Shown here one piece after another: positions 10,704 to 20,077 of a stretch of 64,000 nt of DNA. The DNA is taken from the NCBI GenBank assembly GCA_965116885.1, contig OZ220741.1, positions 608,001-672,000 of the forward strand. The letters are read 5' to 3'. This stretch comes from Candidatus Latescibacterota bacterium. Its GTDB lineage: Bacteria; Latescibacterota; UBA2968. The position numbers were made by a program, and so were the translations under genes. The notes under the pieces were generated by a model. It saw nothing but the letters and a program-made list of their open reading frames with translations, did not search any database and was not told the DNA's origin. The first letter of the stretch is position 1. Each line of letters starts with the position of its first letter.

Positions 10704-10795
10704 TCTTTTTGGAAATCGCCCCCGACCAGAGTTAGGGTGTGATTGCCTATGACATTCTCGAAGGGCATGAGATGGTGCGCGAACTACAGGTATAG
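10704..10795 (+). pseudogene. Degenerate duplicate of the 3' end of the 7880..9832 gene
   Basis: 10724-10783 matches 9761-9820 at 53/60 and reads DQS*GVIAYDILEGHEMVRE. Confidence 0.85.
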
Positions 10796-10828
10796 ATCAC
10801 AGTTTTTGATAGCTAACAGCGATAGATG

Positions 10829-10857
10829 TTGACACAAGTTCGGCAGAATGCGATACT
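10829..10857 (+). promoter_or_regulatory. Sigma-70-type promoter for hicBA
   Basis: TTGACA-17 bp-GATACT with an extended TG. Confidence 0.5.
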
Positions 10858-10899
10858 TTCCACGCATTGCACCAAAAGCAAACTGGAAAGGAGTACAAG

Positions 10900-11145
10900 A
10901 TGGTAGAAGGATATCGATTACATCTTCAGATCAGGCGAGTAGAAAACGGTCAACACCTCGCTACCTCTGATGACTTTCCCGGTCTCGTGGCACAAGGAAG
11001 AACTGTGTCTGAAGCGATTGAAATTGCTCAAGACGTTGCAAGAAAACTAATTGAATCCTATCGGGAACATGGCGACATTCTGCCAAAGGGTTTGCAGGCT
11101 ATAAATACAGAGAGCGTTGAATTGGACGTTCTCGTAGGTGTGTGA
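10900..11145 (+). CDS. hicB: HicB-family antitoxin (short form)
   Basis: ATSDDFPGLVAQGRTVSEAIEIAQDVARKLIESY; overlaps hicA. Confidence 0.85.
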   Translation: MVEGYRLHLQIRRVENGQHLATSDDFPGLVAQGRTVSEAIEIAQDVARKLIESYREHGDILPKGLQAINTESVELDVLVGV

Positions 11146-11369
11146 TGGGTCGGCTGGCAGGTTTTACATATCGACAAGTGACCCGCAAATTGCGGCGGTT
11201 GGGATTCGAATTTGATCGACAAGCACGGGGAAGTCATGAGATCTGGTGGAACCCTGATACGCGACATCGAACCACTATTCCCAATCATCCAAGAGATTTA
11301 CCAGAAGGAACTTTATCCGCAGTTCTTAAGCAAGCGGGTATAACCGCGGAAGAATTCCTTGGAGCGTAG
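11145..11369 (+). CDS. hicA: HicA-family mRNA interferase toxin
   Basis: LRRLGFEFDRQARGSHEIW...TTIPNHPRDLPEGTLSAVLKQAG. Confidence 0.92.
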   Translation: MGRLAGFTYRQVTRKLRRLGFEFDRQARGSHEIWWNPDTRHRTTIPNHPRDLPEGTLSAVLKQAGITAEEFLGA

Positions 11370-11411
11370 GATGTGCGTATATCTCGCTATCTCCGTTAAA
11401 TGAGGCCCATC

Positions 11412-11672
11412 ATGAAAACAGAATGTGCTTTCTGTGGCCATAAAGAACTCCGGTCTTGCCAAACGCAATATATTTACCGGTACGATGGCAAATTCCTTAT
11501 TGTGGATGATGTGCCATGTCTCCAGTGTGCATATTGCGGCGAGCAATATTTTGAAGGTACGGTATTGCGGGATATTGAAAAACGATTCAATGAACTTCAT
11601 GTCCAGGGACAGAAAGCGAGCAAGGAAGTTCAGATTCCCGTAGAACACTTCACGGACCTTTGCCAAGCCTAA
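11412..11672 (+). CDS. YgiT-type zinc finger (MqsA-like antitoxin) protein
   Basis: CAFCG...VDDVPCLQCAYCGEQYF. Confidence 0.85.
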   Translation: MKTECAFCGHKELRSCQTQYIYRYDGKFLIVDDVPCLQCAYCGEQYFEGTVLRDIEKRFNELHVQGQKASKEVQIPVEHFTDLCQA

Positions 11673-11692
11673 ATGACAGTAAAAAAGAGAAC

Positions 11693-11917
11693 ATGACAAA
11701 ACCATTTGCCATCTGCATCAATAATGAGGGATACGAGGCTTCTCTCGAAGTAGGTAAGGTTTATTGCATCATACCCGATGAAGAAGCCTCCGCCCATGGC
11801 TATATTCGCATCATTGATGAAAGCGGTGAAGATTATGCTTTTGGCGACCACCGCTTTCATCGCGTTGACCTGCCCGATGCTGTTGGTGAGATGTTGGTAT
11901 CTGCACAGCAGGTATAG
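11693..11917 (+). CDS. Small conserved hypothetical protein
   Basis: FAICINNEGYEASLEVGKVY...YIRIIDESGEDYAF; plausible RBS. Confidence 0.7.
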   Translation: MTKPFAICINNEGYEASLEVGKVYCIIPDEEASAHGYIRIIDESGEDYAFGDHRFHRVDLPDAVGEMLVSAQQV

Positions 11918-11943
11918 CTCATAAACACAATGGTACAAACAAC

Positions 11944-11970
11944 GGGCGTGCGGGATCGAATCGCACGCCC
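11944..11970. terminator. Hairpin between convergent genes
   Basis: GGGCGTGCG...CGCACGCCC. Confidence 0.55.
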
Positions 11971-12001
11971 TTGTGTATTGAAAGAAGACTATCTTTTTAT
12001 C

Positions 12002-12208
12002 TCATGACACCCTCTTGGGCTTTTTCTTTTTATGGACGCAATCCTGGAGATACAGATTGATCAAACTCTGGTATGGAATACCTGTTTCGTCCGCCAAATC
12101 CTTAAAATACGCAATCACATCCGTCCCCAAACGAAGCGTGACCTGCTTTGTAAGATGTTTTGCATAGGGATTCTTGACGGATTTTGAGAAATCGTATTCT
12201 TTTCTCAT
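12002..12208 (-). CDS. BrnA/CopG-like RHH antitoxin
   Basis: MRKEYDFSKSVKNPYAK...VTLRLGTDVIAYFK...GIPYQSLINLYL. Confidence 0.85.
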   Translation of the reverse strand: MRKEYDFSKSVKNPYAKHLTKQVTLRLGTDVIAYFKDLADETGIPYQSLINLYLQDCVHKKKKPKRVS

Positions 12209-12292
12209 TACATATACCTCACACAGCCTCATACCAAAAATCCTGGCAATAAGCGAAAAACTCGCCTCCTTCGACGAGAGAATGGAAACTAT

Positions 12293-12337
12293 TTGACATT
12301 TTATCTTAAAGTGCACACATTATGTGTACACTTTAAG
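12293..12337 (+). promoter_or_regulatory. vapBC promoter with palindromic operator
   Basis: TTGACA at 12293; CTTAAAGTGCACACAT-T-ATGTGTACACTTTAAG 16-bp inverted repeat (1 mismatch) abutting the RBS. Confidence 0.65.
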
Positions 12338-12345
12338 GAGGAATT

Positions 12346-12591
12346 ATGAAAGCATCTATTCTCGACTTAAGACGACGCATGAAAGATGTCTTACTCGCAC
12401 TTGACCGCAACGAAACGGTCACCATTTTTTATCGCGGCAAAGAAAAAGCCATCCTCACTCCCAGCCAACAGCGAACAAACAAATCTGTAAAAGACCACGA
12501 AGCTTTTGGGATGTGGCGAGACAGAAAAGATATGACAGATGTCGATGCTTACGTCCGCAATTTGAGAAAAGGCCGCTTGAATGATTTTTGA
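12346..12591 (+). CDS. Phd/YefM-like antitoxin (VapB role)
   Basis: DLRRRMKDVLLALDRNETVTIFYRGKEKAIL...AFGMWRDR; overlaps the PIN toxin gene. Confidence 0.8.
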   Translation: MKASILDLRRRMKDVLLALDRNETVTIFYRGKEKAILTPSQQRTNKSVKDHEAFGMWRDRKDMTDVDAYVRNLRKGRLNDF

Positions 12592-12958
12592 TACCGATGT
12601 TATAATATGGGTTTTCAGAGGTCATGAAGAGGCTGCAAAACTCGTTGAAAGTATCGATGAGCGTCAGATATCAATTGTTACGTATATGGAATTTATCCAG
12701 GGAGCGAGAAATCGGCAGGAATTAAAAAAGATCAAAGATTTTCTCACTGACCACGCCTTTCAGACCCTACCTCTCACTGAAAATATCGGACATAGAGCAT
12801 CTGTATATATGGAAGAATATACCCTTAAGACAGCACTGTATATGGCAGATGCTTTAATTGCAGCAACAGCTATTGAACACCATTTAACCCTTTGTACAGC
12901 CAACAGAAAACACTACCACCAAATCAACGAACTCAATCTAAAAATCTTTCGTCCTTGA
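12581..12958 (+). CDS. vapC: VapC PIN-domain toxin
   Basis: IFDTDVII, TYMEFIQG, ADALIAATA, TANRKHY. Confidence 0.92.
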   Translation: MIFDTDVIIWVFRGHEEAAKLVESIDERQISIVTYMEFIQGARNRQELKKIKDFLTDHAFQTLPLTENIGHRASVYMEEYTLKTALYMADALIAATAIEHHLTLCTANRKHYHQINELNLKIFRP

Positions 12959-12982
12959 CCTCTGACGACCATCTTTAAATTG

Positions 12983-13744
12983 CTACCGACAACAGCGGAA
13001 CCCGATATCCTTCCCCTGCCATCTGGGACTGAGACGTCCGCGCTCTTGCACCCGCACGGCTGGTGCGCCATTTACCCAACTGCCGCCGCGCATCACGCGC
13101 AAGCTCCCGCTCTCTGGTCCCTGGGGATTTTCCCGCGGACTATTGCGATAATAATCCACGCGGTGCCAATCCGCCACCCACTCCCACACATTGCCCGACA
13201 AATCCGCCACCTCAAAAGGACTCATACCATTGGGAAAACTGCCCACAGTCGAGGGCTTGCCCACATGCCCATTAAAATTCAACCGCGTCGGATCGGGATC
13301 CTCATTGCCCCAGGGATAAATACGCCCATCGCCACCCGCAGCCTTTTCCCACTCCGCCTCGGAACACAACCGCTTGCCTGCCCACGCGCAAAAATCCTGT
13401 GCATCAAACCAGGTCACACCAACCACCGGTTGCCGCGCGGCATTAAACCCCACAGAATCGGCACAAGCCGAAGGATCGCGCCCTGTAGTCGCAACAAATA
13501 ATCTGTAATCCGCGTTCACCACCTCAAAGCGATCAATCCAGAAAGCATCCAAAAACACCACATGCTCGGGACCTTCGTCCCGCCCATATTCATTGGTCCC
13601 CATCACAAATTCGCCCGCTGGAATTTCGACCATCTCCTCAATCAACTCGCCCTCTGATTCTGGCTGAACGGGATAATCATCACCGCAACCAGCCAGCAAC
13701 CCCATCCCAATGAGCACGCACAAAAATTTCAAAATATCGCCCAT
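12983..13744 (-). CDS. FGE-sulfatase (SUMF1/PvdO-like) domain lipoprotein
   Basis: LLAGC lipobox, IPAGEFVMG, PVVGVTWFDA, RLCSEAEWEKAA, GNVWEW, RGGSW, IGFRC. Confidence 0.88.
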   Translation of the reverse strand: MGDILKFLCVLIGMGLLAGCGDDYPVQPESEGELIEEMVEIPAGEFVMGTNEYGRDEGPEHVVFLDAFWIDRFEVVNADYRLFVATTGRDPSACADSVGFNAARQPVVGVTWFDAQDFCAWAGKRLCSEAEWEKAAGGDGRIYPWGNEDPDPTRLNFNGHVGKPSTVGSFPNGMSPFEVADLSGNVWEWVADWHRVDYYRNSPRENPQGPESGSLRVMRGGSWVNGAPAVRVQERGRLSPRWQGKDIGFRCCR

Positions 13745-13826
13745 CGCAGCATCCTGAATGACATCGCCAAAACAGCGGCATCCGAAAGAGGTTGTTTGTT
13801 CTCGAAATCGCGTTTATTTTTCCGTC

Positions 13827-13859
13827 CTGGATCGCGGCTCAAAATCATGCCGCGATGAC
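13827..13859. repeat. CTGGATCGCGGCT...CCGCGATGAC palindromic repeat family (also 17448-17480, 25545-25577, 51085-51145, 52488-52519)
   Basis: Five intergenic copies with a conserved ATCGCGG/CCGCGAT stem and a variable loop. Confidence 0.85.
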
Positions 13860-13899
13860 ATGGGGAGATTGCAGTCCTGTGAATTACGCCGGAGAAATC

Positions 13900-14403
13900 A
13901 TGAACAAAGTCACCACATATTACCTCGAAATGAAATCGCCTTCATCGCTCAACGAAAAAACGGAATCAAATGGACTGCAAGTACACGAATGCGAAATCAA
14001 ACAATATCAATTTAACAAATTCCTATATCAATTCATAGGCGGACCCTATGATTGGACAAATAAACTCTCCTGGTCAGATGAACAATGGAAAGCACATGTA
14101 GAGAACGACAACCTGAGAACATGGCTTGCGCAGTACAAAGGCGCGCCCGCAGGATACTACGAACTCCACAAGCAAGATGATGGCAACGTCGAAATCCTCT
14201 ATTTTGGTCTGACCACCAAATTCATCGGACAGGGCTTTGGGGGTTATCTCTTATCCCATGCAATAAAATCCGCCTGGCAGTGGGGACAAACAAAAAGAGT
14301 ATGGGTACACACCTGCACCCTTGACCATCCACATGCACTGCAAAATTACAAAGCACGAGGCATGGAAGTCTATCGCGTGGAGACTGGTGACCATGAGCCG
14401 TAA
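13900..14403 (+). CDS. GNAT acetyltransferase
   Basis: EILYFGL...FIGQGFGGYLL...VWVHTCTLDHPHALQNYKARG. Confidence 0.88.
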   Translation: MNKVTTYYLEMKSPSSLNEKTESNGLQVHECEIKQYQFNKFLYQFIGGPYDWTNKLSWSDEQWKAHVENDNLRTWLAQYKGAPAGYYELHKQDDGNVEILYFGLTTKFIGQGFGGYLLSHAIKSAWQWGQTKRVWVHTCTLDHPHALQNYKARGMEVYRVETGDHEP

Positions 14404-14468
14404 ATAATGACAAACGGGACGGCACGGGGGCCGTTCCCTACAACACGCGAACAAACCAAGGAGAACCC

Positions 14469-15203
14469 ATGAGACTTGAAAACAAAAACATCGTCGTAAC
14501 GGGCGGTGCATCGGGCATAGGACAGGCGGCAGCGCGATGCTGTGCCCGGGAGGGCGCACGCGTAGCCGTAGTAGATCTGGACGGAGCGGGCGTGGAACGC
14601 ACCGTTCGAGAAATCGAAAACGCGGGAGGCAATGCAGCGGGATATCACGCAGACATAAAAGAAGAAACTCAGGTACGCGCGCTCTTTGAAAACATCGGCA
14701 ACGCCTTCGGGCATATCGATGGCTTAATCAACGCCGCTGGCATCCTCGAAGGCGCGCTCGTCCCGATCGATGAATTTGATGAATTCACCTGGGACAGAGT
14801 CATAGACATCAATCTAAAAGGAAGCTTTCTCGTCTCAAAATACACCGTGCCACTAATGGAAAAAGCCGGCAAAGGCGTCATCGTACTCATCGCCTCTGGC
14901 GCGGGCGTCAAAGGTGGCAGTTCATCCGTCGCCTATGGCTCCAGCAAAGGCGGCGCCCACGGCCTCTCCCTCGTATTGGCAGCCCAACTGTCCAACCGCA
15001 ACATCCGCGTCCACGGCGTATGTCCGGGCGGTATTGAAACACCACTCAAAATGCGCGTCGTACAAAAACAAGCCGACGTTTCAGGGCGCGACGTCTCAAA
15101 AATGGCAGCCGGACTCGGCGACCCCGAAGGCGTGGGCAAAATACTATCCTTCCTCGTATCTGACGAAGCCGATTATCTTCGCGGCAGCATCTTCACGCGA
15201 TAG
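14469..15203 (+). CDS. SDR family oxidoreductase
   Basis: TGGASGIG, NAAG, YGSSKGG. Confidence 0.9.
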   Translation: MRLENKNIVVTGGASGIGQAAARCCAREGARVAVVDLDGAGVERTVREIENAGGNAAGYHADIKEETQVRALFENIGNAFGHIDGLINAAGILEGALVPIDEFDEFTWDRVIDINLKGSFLVSKYTVPLMEKAGKGVIVLIASGAGVKGGSSSVAYGSSKGGAHGLSLVLAAQLSNRNIRVHGVCPGGIETPLKMRVVQKQADVSGRDVSKMAAGLGDPEGVGKILSFLVSDEADYLRGSIFTR

Positions 15204-15214
15204 GAGACCAGACC

Positions 15215-16111
15215 ATGCGCTTAGGTATTGTTGGCCTTTTACCCCGAGATTTTCGCACCCTGCAATCGCCACATCTTCAGACCGTCCAGAACCTCGGATT
15301 CACAGGCGGAGCCTTTCACTTCCCCGCAGAACTCTGCGAAGAAATCACAACCGCCGACACGGACCGGTGTCGCGCACTTTTTGCCGAACACAACCTGGAC
15401 CTCGCACAATTCTCCATCACATATCCCGAATGCCTCTTTGATCCCGACCCCGAAATCCGAACCGCAATCATCCGCAAAATCAAAAAAGGCACAGAAATCG
15501 CCGCGGGCCTATCTGCACAAACCTATCTCCTGCGCCCGGGCAGCCGCAACCCCTCTGGAAGCTGGACGCCCCATCGCCACAATCACACGCCAGAAGCATG
15601 GGATCGCCTCATTGAAACCCTGCGAGAAATCACCCCCACCCTCGAACAACACGGCGTCACAGTCGTCATGGAAACCCACCTCGTCTCCATCCTCAAAAAC
15701 CCGGAAACCTGCCGCCAAATGGTCGAAAGCGTCGGATCGCCCAACCTGCGCCTGGTCATGGACTACGTCAACCACTTTGAAACCTTAAGCCAGGTCTATG
15801 CCAGCACTGACCGCCTGGACCACATCTTTTCCCAAATGGGCGCTTATTCCCCGGTCATGCACATCAAAGACATCGCCATTGGCAAAGGGCTTGTGGTCCA
15901 CCTCGACGAAACCGTACCCGGCAACGGCGAACTCGACCTCGCCCACTGCTTCCGGCATTTCCAGAACCACCACCCCAACAACTACGGCCTCATCGAACAC
16001 CTCAAACCCGACCTCATACCCGAAGCCGCAGCCAACACCCACGCCATCGCCACCCGCGCCGGTGTTCCGATAGACGAACAAACGAAAAAATATGACCCCT
16101 TCCCGCGTTAA
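15215..16111 (+). CDS. Sugar phosphate isomerase/epimerase (xylose isomerase-like TIM barrel)
   Basis: VVMETH, LVMDYVN, MHIKD, PGNGELD, LIEH. Confidence 0.85.
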   Translation: MRLGIVGLLPRDFRTLQSPHLQTVQNLGFTGGAFHFPAELCEEITTADTDRCRALFAEHNLDLAQFSITYPECLFDPDPEIRTAIIRKIKKGTEIAAGLSAQTYLLRPGSRNPSGSWTPHRHNHTPEAWDRLIETLREITPTLEQHGVTVVMETHLVSILKNPETCRQMVESVGSPNLRLVMDYVNHFETLSQVYASTDRLDHIFSQMGAYSPVMHIKDIAIGKGLVVHLDETVPGNGELDLAHCFRHFQNHHPNNYGLIEHLKPDLIPEAAANTHAIATRAGVPIDEQTKKYDPFPR

Positions 16112-17246
16112 AATTTTCCCTCACGCACTCGGCACTGTTAGTGTGCTGAGCCTCCTGCTTTTGATTTCTCCGCGACCTCTTTTTTCCCAGAATAGTAGCC
16201 CAGCTTCTTCGGACTTTAGCGGCAATGGGGTTGTGGATATTCCCGACTTTTTGCTCTTTGTCGATGTGTTCGGGTCAAAGGAAGGCCAGGAGAAGTATGA
16301 TGCAAAATACGATCTGGATGGGAATGGCGAGATAGGGATTCCCGATTTTCTGATCTTTGTCGATAACTTTGGCCAAACAGTGACCCGCGAACCGACTGCT
16401 CCCGTATTGGTCGCAGATAACTTTATGGAAACCGTGCGAGGCGATAATGGCGTCAACGTTTCGGTTGTTGACGCGCAAGGATTCGCGGCTGGCACACATG
16501 GACAACGGGTTACCGACATCTTTCTAACAAATACCAATCGGGCGCGACTCGTACAAATAGATGGTTGGGGTACCTATCGAATCAATGACCTGACCCTGTT
16601 TGGAATTAATTCGACCGGCTACATCAGGCATGTATTGGAACATGATGGAGGCATTTTCTGGACCGCCAGCGATCAGTCGCCTTCGTATAAGTCAAATAAT
16701 ACCAGTCAGTGGTTCATTGAAAACAATCGACCATTCACTTATAAAGCTAGAGCATTCGCAACTTGGATGCAGCACCAGAATACCCTTTTTATTTCGTCCT
16801 TAGAAAACCCCACCGTTAAGAATCGTTCCCCTGTTTACTGTGACGACTACGACCAAGATGCAGAGTCTTGGGTCCCTCTTTGCGGAGCGCTTGATGACTA
16901 TATCGCCCATTCGGGCACAGGATTGGCAAACACGGTTTTTGTCGGTGCCATTGACACAAGATCAAGATTTGATGATCGAGCTCTGGGTGCTATTCGCGCC
17001 GATGGCGTCTTCGCGCCGCACGCCATTTATGTCGAATCTCCAAATGGCTCAACTTCCCAAGCCACGCCGGTTCTGGCCGCCTATGCCACCAACCTCGCTT
17101 ATGCCAATCCCACCTGGGGTGCGGCAAGGCTCAAGCAGGAACTGATGAAACTCGCCCGCGATGAGACCATTAAATATTATAATGGGATCACCGAGACGCG
17201 TACCATCAAATCCATTCGCCCTGCATTTGCGCCAGGGGGCAATTAG
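16092..17246 (+). CDS. Secreted protein with dockerin-like double EF-hand and divergent subtilase (S8)-like domain
   Basis: Signal peptide; DFSGNGVVDIPDF and DLDGNGEIGIPDF; VSVVD, GTHG, LEN, GSTSQATPVLAA. Confidence 0.65.
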   Translation: MTPSRVKIFPHALGTVSVLSLLLLISPRPLFSQNSSPASSDFSGNGVVDIPDFLLFVDVFGSKEGQEKYDAKYDLDGNGEIGIPDFLIFVDNFGQTVTREPTAPVLVADNFMETVRGDNGVNVSVVDAQGFAAGTHGQRVTDIFLTNTNRARLVQIDGWGTYRINDLTLFGINSTGYIRHVLEHDGGIFWTASDQSPSYKSNNTSQWFIENNRPFTYKARAFATWMQHQNTLFISSLENPTVKNRSPVYCDDYDQDAESWVPLCGALDDYIAHSGTGLANTVFVGAIDTRSRFDDRALGAIRADGVFAPHAIYVESPNGSTSQATPVLAAYATNLAYANPTWGAARLKQELMKLARDETIKYYNGITETRTIKSIRPAFAPGGN

Positions 17247-17508
17247 ATACAATGACGTTGTTGTACACCATTCAATTCGGAGAAATCCAGCGCTTTTTCC
17301 ACTCCCGCATAACGTGAAAATGCTGTTGTACCTTGCTATAGCGGCGCAAAATCTCGATCAACTTCAACCGCAAAACATACTTTTCCTGTTCCATAACGCC
17401 TCTCCCCCTTGTGATAGCTGAGCGATTGCCCATTCTCCCAGCCCCCTCTGGATCGCGGCTCAACACCCTGCCGCGATGACGGGTTTCATTCTTTTCACTT
17501 CACACTTC

Positions 17509-18909
17509 CTACTTCACACTTCTATCTCCTTCCCGATACCGATTCAAAATCCCCAACAATTCCTCTACAACCTCTTGCTTCTCACTGAATAAATTATTCT
17601 GCTCCTCCGGATCGGAAGCCATATCGTAAAGCTGCATCGGCGGTGCATCTTCTGGCACATCTGCCTCTCTCAAACTCCAGCCACCCGAACCGCGACAAGT
17701 CACCAACTTCCACTGATCTTTACGAATCGCAAACTCCCCGCTAATCGAATGATGCACCGTCGCCTCCCGAATCGTATCCTCCTGATCGCCCTGCATATAC
17801 GGCAAAATATCATAACTATCCTCCCCCGCATCCCTCGGCAAATCCACATCGCAAATCCCGGCTACCGTCGCCAGCAAATCCGTCAAACACACCGTCTTAT
17901 CACAACGCGACCCCGGTTCAATCACCCCCGGCCACGAAGCGATAAACGGAATGCGATGCCCGCCATCCCACGCATCGGACTTCTGCCCCCGATAAATATA
18001 ATTCCCCAAATGATCGTACTTCTTCTTCAACCCTATCGGCTCTTCGTGACAGCCATTATCACTCGTCACAATAATCAGCGTATCATCCGCCAACCCATTG
18101 CGCTTCACCGCCGACAAAATGCGCCCAACACTCCAATCGTGCTCCGTCACATAATCCCCGTATTCCCCAGCCTGACTTCGCCCTGCAAATCTCCCCCGTG
18201 CAAAATGCGGCGTATGCGGCGACGGCGCGGGAAAATACAAAAAGAACGGCTTATCCCCATTCTCCTTCGCGTGCTGATTGATAAACCCCTCGGCGCGAAT
18301 CGTCAACTCCAGCAAACACGTATCATGCATAAACCCGGGCGCACACGCACCCCCGCGCCAAAATTCTGGCCTCGGCGAATCCGCAGTCTCCTCAAGCGGC
18401 TGCTCCACCACCACCCCATCTTCAATATAACAATACGGAGCCATATCCAGCGACGCCGGAATAATAAACGAATAATCAAAACCCACCGTATGGGGACCAT
18501 CTGACAACGGCGCAGAAAAAACCACCGACTCCCCATTCGCCCGCTCCGCCCCATCACTCACCTGCCAGCCCAACCCCAAATGCCACTTGCCCACACAAGC
18601 CGTCGTATAACCCTCATCGCGCAAAAGCGATGGCACAGTCATCCGCCCCTCTTCAATCAACGGCTCAGAATACCCATTCAAAACCCCGCGCTTCAACCGC
18701 GAGCGCCAGCAATAGCGCCCCGTCATCACCCCATACCGCGTGGGCGTACACACCGCAGAATTGCTATGTGCATCCGCAAAAATCATCCCCTCAGACGCGA
18801 GTTGATCCGTATGCGGCGTAGGAATCTTCGAATCGGGATTCAAACAACTCACATCTCCGTATCCCCAATCATCTGCCAAAAGGTAGATAATATTTGGCTT
18901 GCGCATCAT
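17509..18909 (-). CDS. Arylsulfatase
   Basis: PNIIYLLADDWGYGD, CTPTR, GKWHLG, TSDNG. Confidence 0.93.
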   Translation of the reverse strand: MMRKPNIIYLLADDWGYGDVSCLNPDSKIPTPHTDQLASEGMIFADAHSNSAVCTPTRYGVMTGRYCWRSRLKRGVLNGYSEPLIEEGRMTVPSLLRDEGYTTACVGKWHLGLGWQVSDGAERANGESVVFSAPLSDGPHTVGFDYSFIIPASLDMAPYCYIEDGVVVEQPLEETADSPRPEFWRGGACAPGFMHDTCLLELTIRAEGFINQHAKENGDKPFFLYFPAPSPHTPHFARGRFAGRSQAGEYGDYVTEHDWSVGRILSAVKRNGLADDTLIIVTSDNGCHEEPIGLKKKYDHLGNYIYRGQKSDAWDGGHRIPFIASWPGVIEPGSRCDKTVCLTDLLATVAGICDVDLPRDAGEDSYDILPYMQGDQEDTIREATVHHSISGEFAIRKDQWKLVTCRGSGGWSLREADVPEDAPPMQLYDMASDPEEQNNLFSEKQEVVEELLGILNRYREGDRSVK

Positions 18910-18988
18910 ACAAACTCCCTTCATTATATCTATTCAAAAGCTACAAAAATCATGATCATCAACCACTATAATACACCCATCCAATACC

Positions 18989-20026
18989 ATGACACAACCT
19001 CATTTTCTCCAAACACTCCAGCGCTCCAAATCCAACCCCCTCTTAACCATTGACGACATCACCTGGGACTACAAAAAAAGGCGATCCATCATGTTTCCCA
19101 GCGTCATCGACATGAGTGACAAACTGGACAACCCCATTGATCGCTACTACATGTATCTCGCCTCACACGGCGGCAGAGAAATCGGCTTTGCAACCGCGCC
19201 AACGCTCGAAGGCCCCTGGACAATGCAAAAAGAAGCCGTCCTCCACCTCGACAATTGCCCCGCCGTCAAGGGCCACCTCAGCTCGCCCGAAATCATTTAT
19301 TACAACAACCGCTTCATCCTCTACTACCACGGCGGCTGTCCGCCAGAAGTCCTCGAAGAACAAAACCGCCGAATGCCCACCCACTATTATCAACGCATTC
19401 AAAACTCAGGCGCAGCCACCTCAACCGATGGCATCCACTTTGATGTACATCCCAACAACCTCCTCTTGCCCATCACCACACCCGATCATTGGCGTGTGGC
19501 CACCAACATGTATCTGCGCGTCGTGCCCACAGAAAACGGATGCCACGGCTTCTTCATGACCATGAGCCGCGAAGAAGCGGATTACAATAATGAAACCAAA
19601 AAACTACCCAAAGAACAACGGAGAGGTCGCCCCCATCCCACAAGCATCGGCCATGCCTATTCACCCGACGGATTAGATTGGACCCTCGACGAAACCGGTG
19701 CCATCCTCACCGCCGAAGAAATATATGGAGAACACCAGCGCATTCGCCACATTGGATGCACGCTCATCGACGACACACACATCCTGGCGACCTATTCTTG
19801 CTTTGCCAACATCAATGCAACCTTTGAAAGCATCTTCGCTGCCACATTACAAATCAACGGCCCTGCGGCACGCCTTGTTCAAAAACACGGTACAATCTTA
19901 ACACCTCAAGGAGAATGGGAAAAGCGAAATGTGCGCGACCCCTTTCCCATATTTCACGATAAAAAACTCTATCTCTATTACGCCGGTGGTGGAGAAAAAG
20001 GCATTGGACTGGCCATCAGCGCGTAA
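18989..20026 (+). CDS. Five-bladed beta-propeller glycoside hydrolase-like protein
   Basis: YYMYLASHG, HLSSPEI, FILYYHG, ATSTDG, AYSPDGLDW, VRDP, LYLYYAG. Confidence 0.65.
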   Translation: MTQPHFLQTLQRSKSNPLLTIDDITWDYKKRRSIMFPSVIDMSDKLDNPIDRYYMYLASHGGREIGFATAPTLEGPWTMQKEAVLHLDNCPAVKGHLSSPEIIYYNNRFILYYHGGCPPEVLEEQNRRMPTHYYQRIQNSGAATSTDGIHFDVHPNNLLLPITTPDHWRVATNMYLRVVPTENGCHGFFMTMSREEADYNNETKKLPKEQRRGRPHPTSIGHAYSPDGLDWTLDETGAILTAEEIYGEHQRIRHIGCTLIDDTHILATYSCFANINATFESIFAATLQINGPAARLVQKHGTILTPQGEWEKRNVRDPFPIFHDKKLYLYYAGGGEKGIGLAISA

Positions 20027-20077
20027 TTGAACTCAAAAACATCATTTCTTTTCTTGATTGTATAACACGAGGTATTC

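Noticed and set aside
12983..13744. Possible true formylglycine-generating enzyme for the sulfatases
   Set aside because: The catalytic Cys pair after the GGS motif is absent (RGGSWVNGAPAVR), and it is a lipoprotein.
17272..17394. Short minus-strand ORF MEQEKYVLRLK...
   Set aside because: Only 40 codons with no recognisable motif; possibly a gene remnant, but unsupported.
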